NCBI GenBank assembly: GCA_963828735.1 | Contig: CAWHFW010000001.1 | Span: 128,001-192,000 of the forward strand | Direction: 5' to 3' | DNA length: 64,000 nt | DNA from: an uncultured Gemmatimonadales bacterium | GTDB lineage: Bacteria > Gemmatimonadota > Gemmatimonadetes > Gemmatimonadales > GWC2-71-9 | In this document: one piece after another, positions 18,969-29,550 of the stretch | Layout: every line of letters begins with the position of its first letter | Position numbering within the stretch: position 1 is the first letter of the stretch | Translations under genes and position numbers: made by a program | The notes under the pieces: generated by a model | Told to the model about the DNA's origin: nothing | Databases searched by the model: none | The model's input: the letters and a program-made list of their open reading frames with translations, nothing else

Positions 18969-20785
18969 TTGGCTCCATTCAGGTGCGAGAGGATGCGTTC
19001 GGCGAGACGGGTCGAAAGGCCTGGCACGGTCGCGAGCTCGGAGACGGAGGCGGATTTCACGCCCGCCAGACTGCCGAATCGCTCGAGCAGCTGGCGGCGG
19101 CGGTTGGGACCGACGCCGGGAATGTTGAGCAGCTCGGAGGTGATCGTGCGCGTCGTGCGGCGCTGCCGGTTGTAGGCGAGCCCGAAGCGGTGCGCCTCGT
19201 CTCGCGCGCGCTGCAGGAGGCGAAGCGAGGGGCTCCGGCGCGAGAGGCGAAGACTCTCGGCCCGTCCGGGGACGAACACCTCCTCCTCGCGCTTGGCCAA
19301 GCTCACCATCGGAATCGGGCCGAGCCCCAGCTTGTCCATCGCGTCGAGCGCGGCGTTCAGCTGTCCCTTCCCGCCATCGATGACGATGAGATCCGGCAGG
19401 GGAAGCGCTTCGTCGCGGCGGCGCGTGAGGTAGCGGGTGATGACCTCGTGAATCGCCGCGAAATCATCCTGCTGGCCCAGGCCCTTGATCTTGAATTTGC
19501 GGTACTCGCTCTTCTTGGGCCGGCCGGCCTCGAACCAGACCAGCGATCCGACCGTGTCCTTTCCCTGGTTGTGCGAGATGTCCACACAGACCAGGCTCCG
19601 CGGCACGACGCTGAGTCCCAGGTCGCGGCCGAGCGCATACACCGGATCCTCGGCGCGCTCCTCGGTCTCGAACGACTCGATCCGAAGGCTCTCGAGCAGG
19701 TGCCTGGCATTCGTGTCGGCGAGCTCGAGCCAGCGGTGTGCGGTGCCCCGTTGCGGTACGGTCCAGTCCGAGTCCGGCAACAACTCGCGCAGCGCATCCC
19801 AGTCGTCCGGCGGAAACGGGATCACTACCCGCCGGGTCCGCGATTCGGCCGGCACGTAGTAGCGCGCCAGGAACGCGCTGAGGACGGCCCCATCCTGCTC
19901 CTCCTCGAGCCCCTCGAGGAAGCGGTGTTCGCGGCCGACGACGCGTCCCCCGCGCACGCGCACGAGCACGCCGACGGCGTCGTCGCCGTCGCGCGCGTAG
20001 CCCACGACGTCCGCGTCGCCGGTGCCGATGACCTCGACGCTGACCGGCTCATCGAGACGCTCGAGCCAGCGCAGGGCATCGCGCATGTCCTTGGCCCGCT
20101 CGAAGTTCTCCCGATCGCTCGCGGCCTTCATGGCCTCGCGCACCTTCTGCCGCACGTCGACAGTCCGTCCGTCGAGGAAGTCCACCACGTCGTCGACCAT
20201 CCGGCGGTAGTCGGCCTCGGTCTGCCATCCCACACACGGCGCCTGACACCGGCCGATGTGGTAATCGAGGCATGGGCGCTCACGCCGCTCGGCGGGCAGG
20301 TCGTCCGGACAGCTCCGCACGGTGTAGAGTCGACGGATGATCGCGAGCGTCCGCCGAAGCTGACCCACGTCGGTATAGGGCCCGTAGTAGCGCGCCCCGG
20401 GGATGTCGCGCCGCCGCGTGACGATCACCCGCGGGAACGGGTCCGCGAGCGTCACCGCGATGGACGGATAGCTCTTGTCGTCCTTGAGCCGCACGTTGAA
20501 CCGCGGCCGGTACTCCTTGATGAGGTTGTTCTCGAGGATGAGCGACTGCGCCTCGGACGCGACGATGATCGTCTCGACATCGGCGATCAGGCGCTGGAGC
20601 AGGCGATTCTTCGGACTGGCGTCGAAATCCGTGGCGAAGTAGCTGCGGACCCGCTGCTTCAGGCGCTTGGCCTTGCCCACGTACAACACGTCCCCCGTCG
20701 CGCCCTTCCACAGGTAGACGCCGGGGCCCTCGGGGAGCGTGTCGAGCTTGCGTTGAAGCGCGTCGGGAATGCGTGGTGCCGTCAT
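18965..20785 (-). CDS. uvrC: Excinuclease ABC subunit C
   Basis: GIY-YIG PGVYLW...YVGKAK, DISH...G, IDGGKGQL, RDEAHRF and C-terminal HhH motifs. Confidence 0.97.
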   Translation of the reverse strand: MTAPRIPDALQRKLDTLPEGPGVYLWKGATGDVLYVGKAKRLKQRVRSYFATDFDASPKNRLLQRLIADVETIIVASEAQSLILENNLIKEYRPRFNVRLKDDKSYPSIAVTLADPFPRVIVTRRRDIPGARYYGPYTDVGQLRRTLAIIRRLYTVRSCPDDLPAERRERPCLDYHIGRCQAPCVGWQTEADYRRMVDDVVDFLDGRTVDVRQKVREAMKAASDRENFERAKDMRDALRWLERLDEPVSVEVIGTGDADVVGYARDGDDAVGVLVRVRGGRVVGREHRFLEGLEEEQDGAVLSAFLARYYVPAESRTRRVVIPFPPDDWDALRELLPDSDWTVPQRGTAHRWLELADTNARHLLESLRIESFETEERAEDPVYALGRDLGLSVVPRSLVCVDISHNQGKDTVGSLVWFEAGRPKKSEYRKFKIKGLGQQDDFAAIHEVITRYLTRRRDEALPLPDLIVIDGGKGQLNAALDAMDKLGLGPIPMVSLAKREEEVFVPGRAESLRLSRRSPSLRLLQRARDEAHRFGLAYNRQRRTTRTITSELLNIPGVGPNRRRQLLERFGSLAGVKSASVSELATVPGLSTRLAERILSHLNGAK

Positions 20786-20800
20786 GAGCGATGCCGCTGG

Positions 20801-22360
20801 TTAACCCGCCGGCTCGGCCCGTGGTTCCCCGGGGCGGAGGCGGCGCATCACGGCCCGTGCCTCACGTATGCCGAGACGGTCAGTCACCAGAAAATACACC
20901 CCTCCATAGACGGTCAGGACCACGAGCGCCGCCACGATCGGATGGGCGGTCGGCATCGCCCGCCGAACGCCCCAGCCGATGCCTGCGGCGAGGAGGGCCG
21001 CCCCCCAGAGCCGCGCCACGAGCCCGGCGGCGAGTCCGGTCTTCCCGATGCGCCGGTTGAGCGCCCGCCGAAGCAGGAGGAACTCGATCCAGCCGGCGAT
21101 CCCCGCCGACGCCGTCAGGCCGGCGGCGCCCCAGCGCGCCTCGACGCCCAGCGCTCGCGGGAGCGGCAGCGCGAACAGGTATCCCAGCCCGATGGTGAGC
21201 GCCACCCGGAGCACGGCGAACCGCAGGGGCGTCCGGGTGTCGTGCATCGCGTAGAACGTCGAGGCGTAGAGTCGGCCCATCGTCGAGGCGAGCAGGCCCA
21301 CGGCGGACCCGGCCAGGATGCCCCAGACGTATATGGTCATCCCGCGAGTGAAGGCGCCCGACTGGTAGAGCGCGCCGGCGATGAGGTCGCCGAGGGCGAG
21401 AAAGGCCATCGCCGACGGGACGACCAAAAAGGCGATCTGGCGGAGCCCGGCCGAGAGCCGGCTCCGGAGCTGGGCCGCGCGCTCGGACTCGGTCCCGAGC
21501 GCGCTCGCCATCGCGGGCAGCTCCGCGGCGGAGACCGACATGCCGAACAGGCTCACCGGCAGCGTGTAGATCACCTGTGCGTACGACAGACCGGCCACGG
21601 CACCGGTCGGCAGCAAGCTCGCGAGGACGGTGTCTACGTAGGCGCTGATCTGCACCACGCCCCGGCCGATGAACACGGGCCCGAAGTTTCGCAGCACCAG
21701 GCCCACCTGCTCGGAGCCCCGCTCGAGGCGCGGCCGGATGCCCGCGAGCAGCTTCGCGACCGTCGGAAGCTGCACGCCGAGCTGCAGCAGGCTGCCCGCC
21801 ACGGACCCCCAGGCGGCGATCTCCGCGAGCCGGTACGGCTCCCTGCCCCGCCCGAACGCCACGAGGCTGGCGATAATCGCCAGGTTCCACAGGACGGGCG
21901 CGGCGTAGCTGAGGAAGAAGCGTCGGTGGCTGTTGAGGACGCCCAGGCACCAGGCCGAGAGGACCAGGAGTCCGGCGCCCGGAAAGAGGATGCGGACCAG
22001 CCGGATGGTGGCGTCCCGCTTCTCGCCCTCGAAGCCGGGCGCGATGACGGCGATGAGCCAGGGGGTCGCCAGGACTCCCACCAGCACGAGCGCCGCCGTG
22101 ACGATGCCGAGCAGCGCCGCCACCGCGCCGGCGACCCGTTCGGCTTCCGCGTCCTCCCCTCGCGCGCGAAGTCCCGCATAGACGGGGATGAAGGAGGCCG
22201 AGAGCACTCCTTCGCCAAAGAGATTCTGGAGAAAATTGGGAATTCGGAACGCCGCGTTGAACGCGTCGGCCGCGTCGGACGTGCCGAAGTAGTGGGCGAA
22301 GACGCGATTTCGGACCAGACCGACGAGGCGGCTGAGGAGGATCCCCGCCGCCACCATCAC
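20801..22360 (-). CDS. murJ: Lipid II flippase MurJ (MviN)
   Basis: SRLVGLVR, AFRIPNFLQNLFGEG and FYAMHDTRTP motifs; many TM helices. Confidence 0.93.
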   Translation of the reverse strand: MMVAAGILLSRLVGLVRNRVFAHYFGTSDAADAFNAAFRIPNFLQNLFGEGVLSASFIPVYAGLRARGEDAEAERVAGAVAALLGIVTAALVLVGVLATPWLIAVIAPGFEGEKRDATIRLVRILFPGAGLLVLSAWCLGVLNSHRRFFLSYAAPVLWNLAIIASLVAFGRGREPYRLAEIAAWGSVAGSLLQLGVQLPTVAKLLAGIRPRLERGSEQVGLVLRNFGPVFIGRGVVQISAYVDTVLASLLPTGAVAGLSYAQVIYTLPVSLFGMSVSAAELPAMASALGTESERAAQLRSRLSAGLRQIAFLVVPSAMAFLALGDLIAGALYQSGAFTRGMTIYVWGILAGSAVGLLASTMGRLYASTFYAMHDTRTPLRFAVLRVALTIGLGYLFALPLPRALGVEARWGAAGLTASAGIAGWIEFLLLRRALNRRIGKTGLAAGLVARLWGAALLAAGIGWGVRRAMPTAHPIVAALVVLTVYGGVYFLVTDRLGIREARAVMRRLRPGEPRAEPAG

Positions 22361-22392
22361 CGCCGGTCTGGTGGTGCGACGCGCGGGCGCGG

Positions 22393-22671
22393 TCAGGACC
22401 CGGGCGTGGGTGGAAGGGTGGAGCGCGACGGGTCCGCCAGCAGCCGCTGGAGGAAGGCGTTCTCGTCCTGAAGGGTTTGGAGGTTCCGGTTGAGGTCGTC
22501 CACCTCGGCCTCGAGCAGGTCGACCCGCTTGGCCAGCGTCGCGACGTCCGGGGGAGTCGTCTGCGGGCCTTCCAGCCGCCGCGCCAAGGCCCGCCCGATG
22601 GGCGAGTCCACTACGATCCCAAGAATCGGAATGAGCAGGGCGACGAGCAGGAAGAGCGCGATGACCGACAT
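22393..22671 (-). CDS. Small membrane-anchored coiled-coil hypothetical protein
   Basis: N-terminal TM segment then heptad-like region; fills the gap between bshC and murJ. Confidence 0.7.
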   Translation of the reverse strand: MSVIALFLLVALLIPILGIVVDSPIGRALARRLEGPQTTPPDVATLAKRVDLLEAEVDDLNRNLQTLQDENAFLQRLLADPSRSTLPPTPGS

Positions 22672-22680
22672 ACGTCGAGT

Positions 22681-24210
22681 CTACGCGCGTTCCGACGGCC
22701 CTTCAAGGGCGCCGCGATACCAGGCCTCGAACGCGTCGGTAAGCTCCGTGAGCAGGACCGAGCCATGGCGGGCGAGGAACGGGGCGATGGTCAGGACGCG
22801 CTCCTGCGGCTTGCCGCCGGGCATCACGGCCGTGCGCGCGCGCGCGAGCTGGCCGAGCTCCGTTTCCTGACGCTTCTTGAGGTGCTGCACCAGCTTCTTC
22901 TCGATGTCCTGCGTGCCCATCTGGGCTTGCTGGCGTACGGCCTGTGTGGGGCGGGCGAGGGTCGGATCGATGTCGGTCGCCGCTCGCTCGAGCACGCCAT
23001 AGCCCTCCTCGACGGCGGCGCGGATGCGCTCGAGGGCCTCGCCCACCTCGGCGGGGAGCTGCGCCCGCACCACGCGCGCTTCGACCGCGCCCGGCGGGAG
23101 GAACAGGTCGGCCAGCGTCAAGCCGAACTTCTCGAGCACGCGATCCACCTTGGGCTCGACGATCACGCCTGACCACCGTGGCAGCGGAAGCTGCCGGAGG
23201 ATGCCCAGCCGCTGGTAGACGGGCGGCGTCAGCGCCAAATATCGGAGCTCTCCCGGTCCGCCGAGGTAGGCGACCGTCGGCAGCAACGCGCTCTCGATGG
23301 CCGGGCGGAGGAGCACGTTGGGAGAGAGGCGGATGGGCTCGTCGCTCGCGAGCCGCTCGATGTCGGTCAACCGGAATCGCTCACGGCTTCGCCGGGTCAG
23401 GAACGCATCGCCGTCCTGCACCAGGCGGTCCCGCCCGAGCGAGGCCTCGACCATCACGAGTGCCGCGCCATCCCCCACCGTGATCCCCGACGTTCGGGAC
23501 GTCACGCCGCGGGCCTCCGCCCACCGGTCCAGATCTTCGTCGAGCGCGCGCGCCTCGCTGAGCGCCCGGACCAGGTGCGGCGCCATCGCCCGCTTGGCGG
23601 CCGGGTGAGTGCAGTCGAAGCAGAGGACGCCGAGGGGTCCGAGCAGCTCGGCCATGGCGGCGGCGTAGCTTCCCGCGACCGTCGCCTCGGGTCGGTAGTG
23701 CCGCGCGAGCCAGGCGAGGGTCGCGTCGCGGAACTCGGAGGTCGGCAGGCCGGCCGCGAGCATGTCGAGCGCCGGAACGACGCCCTCGCCCAGCGGCTGA
23801 CGGTACATCGGCGTGAGGGGCGCGTCGGACGGTCTCGGCGGCAGCGAGGCCGTCGTCAGCGATCCGTCGGCCGCGAGCCAGGAAGCCGTACTCGCCTCGG
23901 CGTAGTCGTGATCGTCGCCCGCGAGCCAGAAGATGGGGACGACCGGGCGATTCCAGCGTCCCTCGAGCTGCCGTGCCAGGGCGGCGGCGCTGAGGGCCTT
24001 GTGCACGGTGTAGAGCGGCCCCGTGAACAGGCCAGGCTGCTGCCCCGTCGTGACGGCCAGAGCGCCGGGCTGCTGAAGCCTGGACAGCTGCGGCGCGCTG
24101 GTGGCAGACGGCACGAACGCCGGGGCGAGGGCGGCGTCGAAGCCACCTGGGCGCGGTGCGGGCAGCTCGAGCGGATGCTCGAGCGGGGTCGCCACGAATC
24201 GGAGGGTCAC
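22681..24210 (-). CDS. bshC: Bacillithiol biosynthesis cysteine-adding enzyme BshC
   Basis: VTTGQQPGLFTGPLYTVHKA, FWLAGDDHD, SPNVLLRP, YLGGPGELRY and PQERV motifs. Confidence 0.92.
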   Translation of the reverse strand: MTLRFVATPLEHPLELPAPRPGGFDAALAPAFVPSATSAPQLSRLQQPGALAVTTGQQPGLFTGPLYTVHKALSAAALARQLEGRWNRPVVPIFWLAGDDHDYAEASTASWLAADGSLTTASLPPRPSDAPLTPMYRQPLGEGVVPALDMLAAGLPTSEFRDATLAWLARHYRPEATVAGSYAAAMAELLGPLGVLCFDCTHPAAKRAMAPHLVRALSEARALDEDLDRWAEARGVTSRTSGITVGDGAALVMVEASLGRDRLVQDGDAFLTRRSRERFRLTDIERLASDEPIRLSPNVLLRPAIESALLPTVAYLGGPGELRYLALTPPVYQRLGILRQLPLPRWSGVIVEPKVDRVLEKFGLTLADLFLPPGAVEARVVRAQLPAEVGEALERIRAAVEEGYGVLERAATDIDPTLARPTQAVRQQAQMGTQDIEKKLVQHLKKRQETELGQLARARTAVMPGGKPQERVLTIAPFLARHGSVLLTELTDAFEAWYRGALEGPSERA

Positions 24211-24923
24211 GCCGCCTGCCCGATCAGGATCGTACGTGGCGAGTCCGGGAGGAGCGGCGTCGCATCGTAGTCGCCATACCGCTGGCGCACGGTGACGCCG
24301 GCGGCGCCCAGCATCGCCTCGATCTCCCCCGCCCCGAACAGCCGGACGCGCTCGGAGAAACGCCGGCCCGTCGGCGTTCTGATGCTCTTGCAGACGTAGC
24401 GCCCGTCGGAAGACACCGAGCGCTCCACCTCCACCTCGCCCCCGTCGAGCCGCCGGGTTTCCCGGGGTACCAGGCGGGATCGCACGGCACGGGCGTTCAG
24501 GAAATCGATCACGAACCAGCCCGCGGGCCGCACGGTCGAGACCATTTCACCGAGGGCCATGGCGTGCTCCGCGTCGTGATCGAAGTAGCCGAAGCTGGTG
24601 AAGAGGTTGACGGTGAGGTCCATGGAGGCCGGTCGAACGGGGAGGGCGCGCATATCGGCTCGGATGAGCGGCGCGCTGGTGACGCCGCGCGCGACGCGCA
24701 GCAGCGCGGCAGAGAGATCGAGCCCGACGCACCAGGCGCCCGCCTCCTTGAAGGCGGACGCATGGCGCCCCGCGCCGCAGGCCACGTCGAGGATGCGCCA
24801 GCCGGTGCGGAATCCCACCCGATCGAGGATGAGCGACGCCGCCCGTTCGGCCTCGGCGGCGTCGCGGTGCGGGTAGAGCTGGAGGTACTCCTCCCCGAAC
24901 CACTCTTCGAACCATTCCGTCAT
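24207..24923 (-). CDS. Class I SAM-dependent methyltransferase (candidate N-methyl-bacillithiol synthase)
   Basis: LDVACGAGRH motif I and NLFTSFGYF; stop overlaps the bshC start. Confidence 0.85.
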   Translation of the reverse strand: MTEWFEEWFGEEYLQLYPHRDAAEAERAASLILDRVGFRTGWRILDVACGAGRHASAFKEAGAWCVGLDLSAALLRVARGVTSAPLIRADMRALPVRPASMDLTVNLFTSFGYFDHDAEHAMALGEMVSTVRPAGWFVIDFLNARAVRSRLVPRETRRLDGGEVEVERSVSSDGRYVCKSIRTPTGRRFSERVRLFGAGEIEAMLGAAGVTVRQRYGDYDATPLLPDSPRTILIGQAA

Positions 24924-25396
24924 CCGCGCACACCCGCGCCCTTGTGGTAGGGCTCCCCGCGCAGAATGGTGGCCGCGCGATACAGCTGCTCCGCCACCAC
25001 GACCCGCGCGAGCTCGTGCGGCAGGGTGAGCGGGCCGAGACTCCAGCGGTCGTTCGCGGCGGCCAGCAGATCGGCCGCCAGGCCGTGCGAGCCGCCGATC
25101 GTGAGCGTCACGGCGCGGGCCTCACGCTGCCACCGCTCCAGCTGCCGCGCCAGTTCCTCGCTGCTCCACGCGGTTCCCTCCCGGGCCAACGCCACCAGCC
25201 GCGAGCCGGCGGGCCGCCTCGCCAGCAGGCGGTCGCGCTCCTCGGCACGCTGGGCCTCCACCGTCGGCGCGTGGCTCGCCTCGCGCACCTCGATCTCCCG
25301 CAGCTTGACGGTGCGCCCGAGGCGCTGGAGGTAGTCGTCGCACGCCTCGCGATAGCTCGGGCGCAGCTTGCCGACGGCCAGCAGGACCAGTTCCAT
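24920..25396 (-). CDS. rlmH: 23S rRNA pseudouridine-1915 N3-methyltransferase RlmH
   Basis: AVGKL, IGGSHGL, LTLPHELARVVVAEQLYRA and PYHK motifs. Confidence 0.95.
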   Translation of the reverse strand: MELVLLAVGKLRPSYREACDDYLQRLGRTVKLREIEVREASHAPTVEAQRAEERDRLLARRPAGSRLVALAREGTAWSSEELARQLERWQREARAVTLTIGGSHGLAADLLAAANDRWSLGPLTLPHELARVVVAEQLYRAATILRGEPYHKGAGVRG

Positions 25397-25421
25397 GGGC
25401 GCCCCGGCCGGTCACGCCATT

Positions 25422-26723
25422 CTACGCGTACATGCCCCGCAGCCGGTGCACTGCCGCCACCCGCTCGATCGCCTGCATGTACGCGCCGATGCGGGTGTTC
25501 ACCGAGTGCTTGCCCGCCATGCCGACCACCTCGTCGAACGACTGCACCATGATCCGCTCGAGCCGCTGATTGACGGTCTCCTCGTCCCAGAAGTACCCGC
25601 CGCGATCCTGCACCCACTCGAAATAGCTGACCGTCACGCCGCCCGCGTTCGCGAGGATGTCGGGAATGACGAACACGCCCTTCTCCTCGAGAATCCGGTC
25701 GGCGTTGGCGGTGGTGGGACCGTTGGCGCCCTCGCAGATGATGCGGGCCTTCACGTCGCGCGCGTTCTGACTGGTGATGACATTCTCCAGCGCGGCAGGC
25801 ACGAGCACGTCGCAATCGAGCGTGAGCACCTGGTCGTTCGCGATGTGCTCGGCCTCCTTGTACTCGCTCAGGAACCGGTGCTGCTTCACGTGCTGCTGGA
25901 CCTCGCGAATCCGGAGGCCCTTGGGGTTGTAGACCCCGCCGGACTTGTCGCTCACCGCGACGACGGTGAGCCCCAGCTCCTCCATGAGCTGCGCGGCGAT
26001 GGAGCCGACGTTGCCGAAGCCCTGGACCGCCACGCGCGTGCCCTTGATGGGCAGGCCGAGCTTCTTGAGCGCCTCGCGGGTCATGAGCATGCAGCCGCGG
26101 CCAGTCGCCTCGCGCCGGCCGAGGGACCCGCCCATCTCCACGGGCTTGCCGGTGACCACGGCGGTCACCGTGTGGCGCTTGTGCATGGAGTACGTATCCA
26201 TGATCCACGCCATCATCCGCTCGTTCGTGTTCACGTCCGGCGCCGGCACGTCGGAGTCGGGGCCCAGGGTCTCGATGATGGCGGAGGTGTAGCGGCGGGT
26301 GATGCGCTCGAGCTCGGCGAGGGAGAGGTTGGGCGGGTCGCAGACCACGCCACCCTTGGCGCCGCCGAAGGGGATATTGACCACCGCGCACTTCCACGTC
26401 ATCCACGCCGCCAGCGCCTTCACCTCGTCGAGGGTCACATTCATGTCGAAGCGGATGCCGCCCTTCGCCGGCCCTCGGCTCGTGTTGTAGAGCACGCGGT
26501 AGCCGGTGAACACCTCGACCTCGCCCGAGTCGCGCGGGATGGGCACGCTCACGATGATCTGCTTCTCCGGGCTCCGCAGCACCTTGTAGAGCCCGGGATC
26601 CAGGCTCAGGCGCTGCGCCGCGTAGTCGAAGCGGGACATCATGGCCTCGAACGGATTCTCCTCGTTGAGGAAGGTGTCCTTCTCCGGGCGGATGAGAAGA
26701 GAGGGGCGGCTGACGGTGCTCAT
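25422..26723 (-). CDS. gdhA: Glutamate dehydrogenase (Glu/Leu/Phe/Val family)
   Basis: [32 protein letters not shown] and EGANGPT motifs. Confidence 0.92.
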   Translation of the reverse strand: MSTVSRPSLLIRPEKDTFLNEENPFEAMMSRFDYAAQRLSLDPGLYKVLRSPEKQIIVSVPIPRDSGEVEVFTGYRVLYNTSRGPAKGGIRFDMNVTLDEVKALAAWMTWKCAVVNIPFGGAKGGVVCDPPNLSLAELERITRRYTSAIIETLGPDSDVPAPDVNTNERMMAWIMDTYSMHKRHTVTAVVTGKPVEMGGSLGRREATGRGCMLMTREALKKLGLPIKGTRVAVQGFGNVGSIAAQLMEELGLTVVAVSDKSGGVYNPKGLRIREVQQHVKQHRFLSEYKEAEHIANDQVLTLDCDVLVPAALENVITSQNARDVKARIICEGANGPTTANADRILEEKGVFVIPDILANAGGVTVSYFEWVQDRGGYFWDEETVNQRLERIMVQSFDEVVGMAGKHSVNTRIGAYMQAIERVAAVHRLRGMYA

Positions 26724-26751
26724 AGGATGTCCGGGTTGCTCCGAAAACGAG

Positions 26752-27792
26752 TTACAGTTGGTCGACGGGGGTGACGACGGCGTCCAGCACGGCGACGATG
26801 GCCTCGCCGCCCTCTTCCCAGGTCAGGTCCAGCAGGGCCACCAGCGGCTCCGGCACCGCCGCGGGCCAGCGGTCGCGCAGCTTCACCGCGTCCTTCTGCG
26901 TGATCACGACGTGGTCGGCGCGGCGGGCGGCGTGGGCCAGCCAGGCGACGTCCTCGTCGCGGTAGTCGTGATGATCCTTCCACGTGGCCACCTGCACCGC
27001 TGCCCCCGTGGCCTTCGTCTGGGCGACGAAGGCGTCCGGGTCCGCGATGCCCGAGGCCGCGACCACGCGCTTCCCAGCCAGGGTATCCGCGGGGCGTCGG
27101 ATTCCGCTGACCAGCCCCTCGAGGGTGCCGAGGCCGAGGTGAGCGACGGCCACCGGACCACTCACCTGGCTCTCGAGTTGGCGCGCGAGCGCCTGGGCCG
27201 CTTCGGGCGTGGCCCGCTTCCGCGTCACGATGACCGCATCGGCGCGGCCGAGCGCGTCCCAGCCCTCGCGCCATGGCCCCGCGGGCAGCGGCCAGCGCAC
27301 CGCCCGGGTCGTCTCGGCGCTCATGACGAGGAGATTGAGGTCCCGATGGACGTCGAGCCGCTGATAGGCATCGTCCAGCACCAGCACCTGGGCTCCGCCG
27401 GCGAGGGCGCGTTCGGCGCCGGCCACGCGGTCCGGGTCGGCCACTACGACCGCCTCGGGGACGGAGTGCTGGTGTACCAGGGTCTCGTCGTTGCCGTGCC
27501 CGCGGAGCAGGATACCGGGCCGGAGGCCGCGAGCGACGTAGTGGCGCGCGATCCACGTGGCGATCGGCGTCTTGCCCGATCCGCCAACGGTCAGGTTTCC
27601 GACCGCGACCGAGGGCAGCGGTAGGTCCCGGGTCGCGAACCAGCCCTGCCGATAGGCTAGCCGGCGGGTGTCCATGGCGAGGCGCCAGAGCCCCGACGCC
27701 GGCAGCAACGCCAGGCGGGCCAGGCGCGCGTCGGGGCGCCGGCTGGTCCACAGCCAGCGCATGACCCGGTGCGTGTCTCCCCGTCGGCTCAT
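26752..27792 (-). CDS. lpxK: Tetraacyldisaccharide 4'-kinase
   Basis: [27 protein letters not shown] and ITQKDAVKL motifs. Confidence 0.92.
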   Translation of the reverse strand: MSRRGDTHRVMRWLWTSRRPDARLARLALLPASGLWRLAMDTRRLAYRQGWFATRDLPLPSVAVGNLTVGGSGKTPIATWIARHYVARGLRPGILLRGHGNDETLVHQHSVPEAVVVADPDRVAGAERALAGGAQVLVLDDAYQRLDVHRDLNLLVMSAETTRAVRWPLPAGPWREGWDALGRADAVIVTRKRATPEAAQALARQLESQVSGPVAVAHLGLGTLEGLVSGIRRPADTLAGKRVVAASGIADPDAFVAQTKATGAAVQVATWKDHHDYRDEDVAWLAHAARRADHVVITQKDAVKLRDRWPAAVPEPLVALLDLTWEEGGEAIVAVLDAVVTPVDQL

Positions 27793-27799
27793 CGGCGTC

Positions 27800-28429
27800 T
27801 CACTCCCCCGCACCCGCGATCTCGGTCAACCGGGCCTCCGCCTCGCTCAATCCGGCCGCGAGGCCGTCCTCGCCAGGCGCGACCTCAAAGGGGCGACCGT
27901 AGGTGACCAGGACGCGCGCGCCGAACTTGGGAATCATGAAGCGGTCCCACGAATCTAACCGCCACGCCCGCTCGGTCTGGGCGTGCACCGGGACGATGAT
28001 GCCGCCGCCGCGCTGGGCGGCCGCGACCACTCCTGGCTTCAACTGGCGCCGCGGGCCACGCGGACCGTCCGGCGTGAACGCGACCGAATACCCCGCCCGG
28101 AGCTCGCGTACGGCGCCCAGCAATGCCCGCGCGGCACCACGCGTGCTGGAGCCCCGCACGGCCCGGTAACCGAGCGACGCCGCGAAATCGACGAGGTACT
28201 GTCCCTCGCGCGCCTTGCTCACCACGAGCGCGACCGATTGGCGCCGGTGCTGCCACAGAAGCGGCAGCATGACCTCGTGCCAGAGCAGGAACACGACCGG
28301 CCGACGAGCCTCGCGGAGCGGCCGCCATCGCTCCTCGCCCGCGGTGCGGATGCGCCACGACGCGGCGAGGACTCTGAGCGCCGGCCCGGCCACCACGCGC
28401 GCGGTCGAGGGCGGGACCTTGAGTCTCAC
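27800..28429 (-). CDS. DUF374 lysophospholipid acyltransferase family (LpxJ-like)
   Basis: LWHEV, VRGSSTRG, FTPDGPRGP and SWDRFMIP motifs; GTG start overlaps the lpxB stop. Confidence 0.85.
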   Translation of the reverse strand: MRLKVPPSTARVVAGPALRVLAASWRIRTAGEERWRPLREARRPVVFLLWHEVMLPLLWQHRRQSVALVVSKAREGQYLVDFAASLGYRAVRGSSTRGAARALLGAVRELRAGYSVAFTPDGPRGPRRQLKPGVVAAAQRGGGIIVPVHAQTERAWRLDSWDRFMIPKFGARVLVTYGRPFEVAPGEDGLAAGLSEAEARLTEIAGAGE

Positions 28430-29550
28430 GTGCCGAGCAGCTCGTCGGCCAGCGCGACCACGCGCGTCGTCGCGCCCGGCTCGCCGAGCCGTTGCCGCAC
28501 GAGCGCGAGCCCCTCGCGCTGCGCGATCGTGCGCGGGTCGCCCGCATCGAGGAGCGGCCGCAGCGCGTCGGCCAGGGGCCCGGCCTCCGCTCGATCCTGC
28601 AGGATCTCGGGAACCACCTCGCGCTCGGCGACCAGATTGACCAGGCTCACCCATCGGACGGTCCGCACTCGCTGAAACATGCGCCACGTGAGCGGGTGGA
28701 CCTTGTAGGCCACCACCATCGGCACATCCGCGAGCGCGGCCTCGAGGGTCGTCGTGCCCGACTTGGCCAGCGCCGCATCGGCCACCGCGAAGACCGGGAT
28801 GGGATCGCCGCGGATGATCTGGAGCGGCCCCGGGTCGGGATACTCGCCGCCGTCCGTGCCCGCGACCACGACCCGGTCGCATCGGCCCTCGTCGAGCAGC
28901 CGGCGCGCCGCATCGCGAAACGGAAGCCACAGCCGCCGGATCTCCTGAGTCCTGCTGCCCGGAAAGATGCCGAGGACGCGGCTGTCGGCCGGGATGCCGA
29001 GCTTCCGGCGGGCATCCGCGCGGGTGGGCCAGAGGCCGCGATCCACCAGCGGATGTCCGACGTAGTCGCTGCGGAGGCCGAGCTGGCCGAAGAACCGCTG
29101 CTCGAAGGGGAGCACCACGGCGAGCCGGTCCACCGCGGACGCGAACCGGCGGGCGCGTCCCGGCCGCCAGGCCCAGAGCTGGGGCGCAATGTAGTAGAGC
29201 ACCTTCGTCTCCGCCCGCCGCGCCGCCTCGGCCACGCGGATGTGAAACCCCGGATAGTCGATGAGGATGACCAGGTCGTAGCGGCGCGCTCGGAAGTCGG
29301 CCTGGAGCGCACGGAGGAGCCGGACGTGCGCTCCGAGCTTCGTGACCACTTCTACCAAGCCGAAAGCGGCCAGGCCTTCCATCGGGTAGCGGATGGTCGC
29401 CCCGGCGGCGGCCATGCGGGGCCCGCCAACGGCCTCGATGATCGCGTCCGGATGACGACGCCTCAGCGCCTCGACCACCCCTGCGCCATGGAGATCGCCC
29501 GAGGGCTCGCCGGCGGAGACGAGGATGCGCGGGGCCTGCCGGGCGATCAT
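28426..29550 (-). CDS. lpxB: Lipid-A-disaccharide synthase
   Basis: AGEPSGDLHG, IDYPGF, YYIAPQLWAWR, YVGHPL, PGSR and KSGTTTLE motifs. Confidence 0.96.
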   Translation of the reverse strand: MIARQAPRILVSAGEPSGDLHGAGVVEALRRRHPDAIIEAVGGPRMAAAGATIRYPMEGLAAFGLVEVVTKLGAHVRLLRALQADFRARRYDLVILIDYPGFHIRVAEAARRAETKVLYYIAPQLWAWRPGRARRFASAVDRLAVVLPFEQRFFGQLGLRSDYVGHPLVDRGLWPTRADARRKLGIPADSRVLGIFPGSRTQEIRRLWLPFRDAARRLLDEGRCDRVVVAGTDGGEYPDPGPLQIIRGDPIPVFAVADAALAKSGTTTLEAALADVPMVVAYKVHPLTWRMFQRVRTVRWVSLVNLVAEREVVPEILQDRAEAGPLADALRPLLDAGDPRTIAQREGLALVRQRLGEPGATTRVVALADELLGT

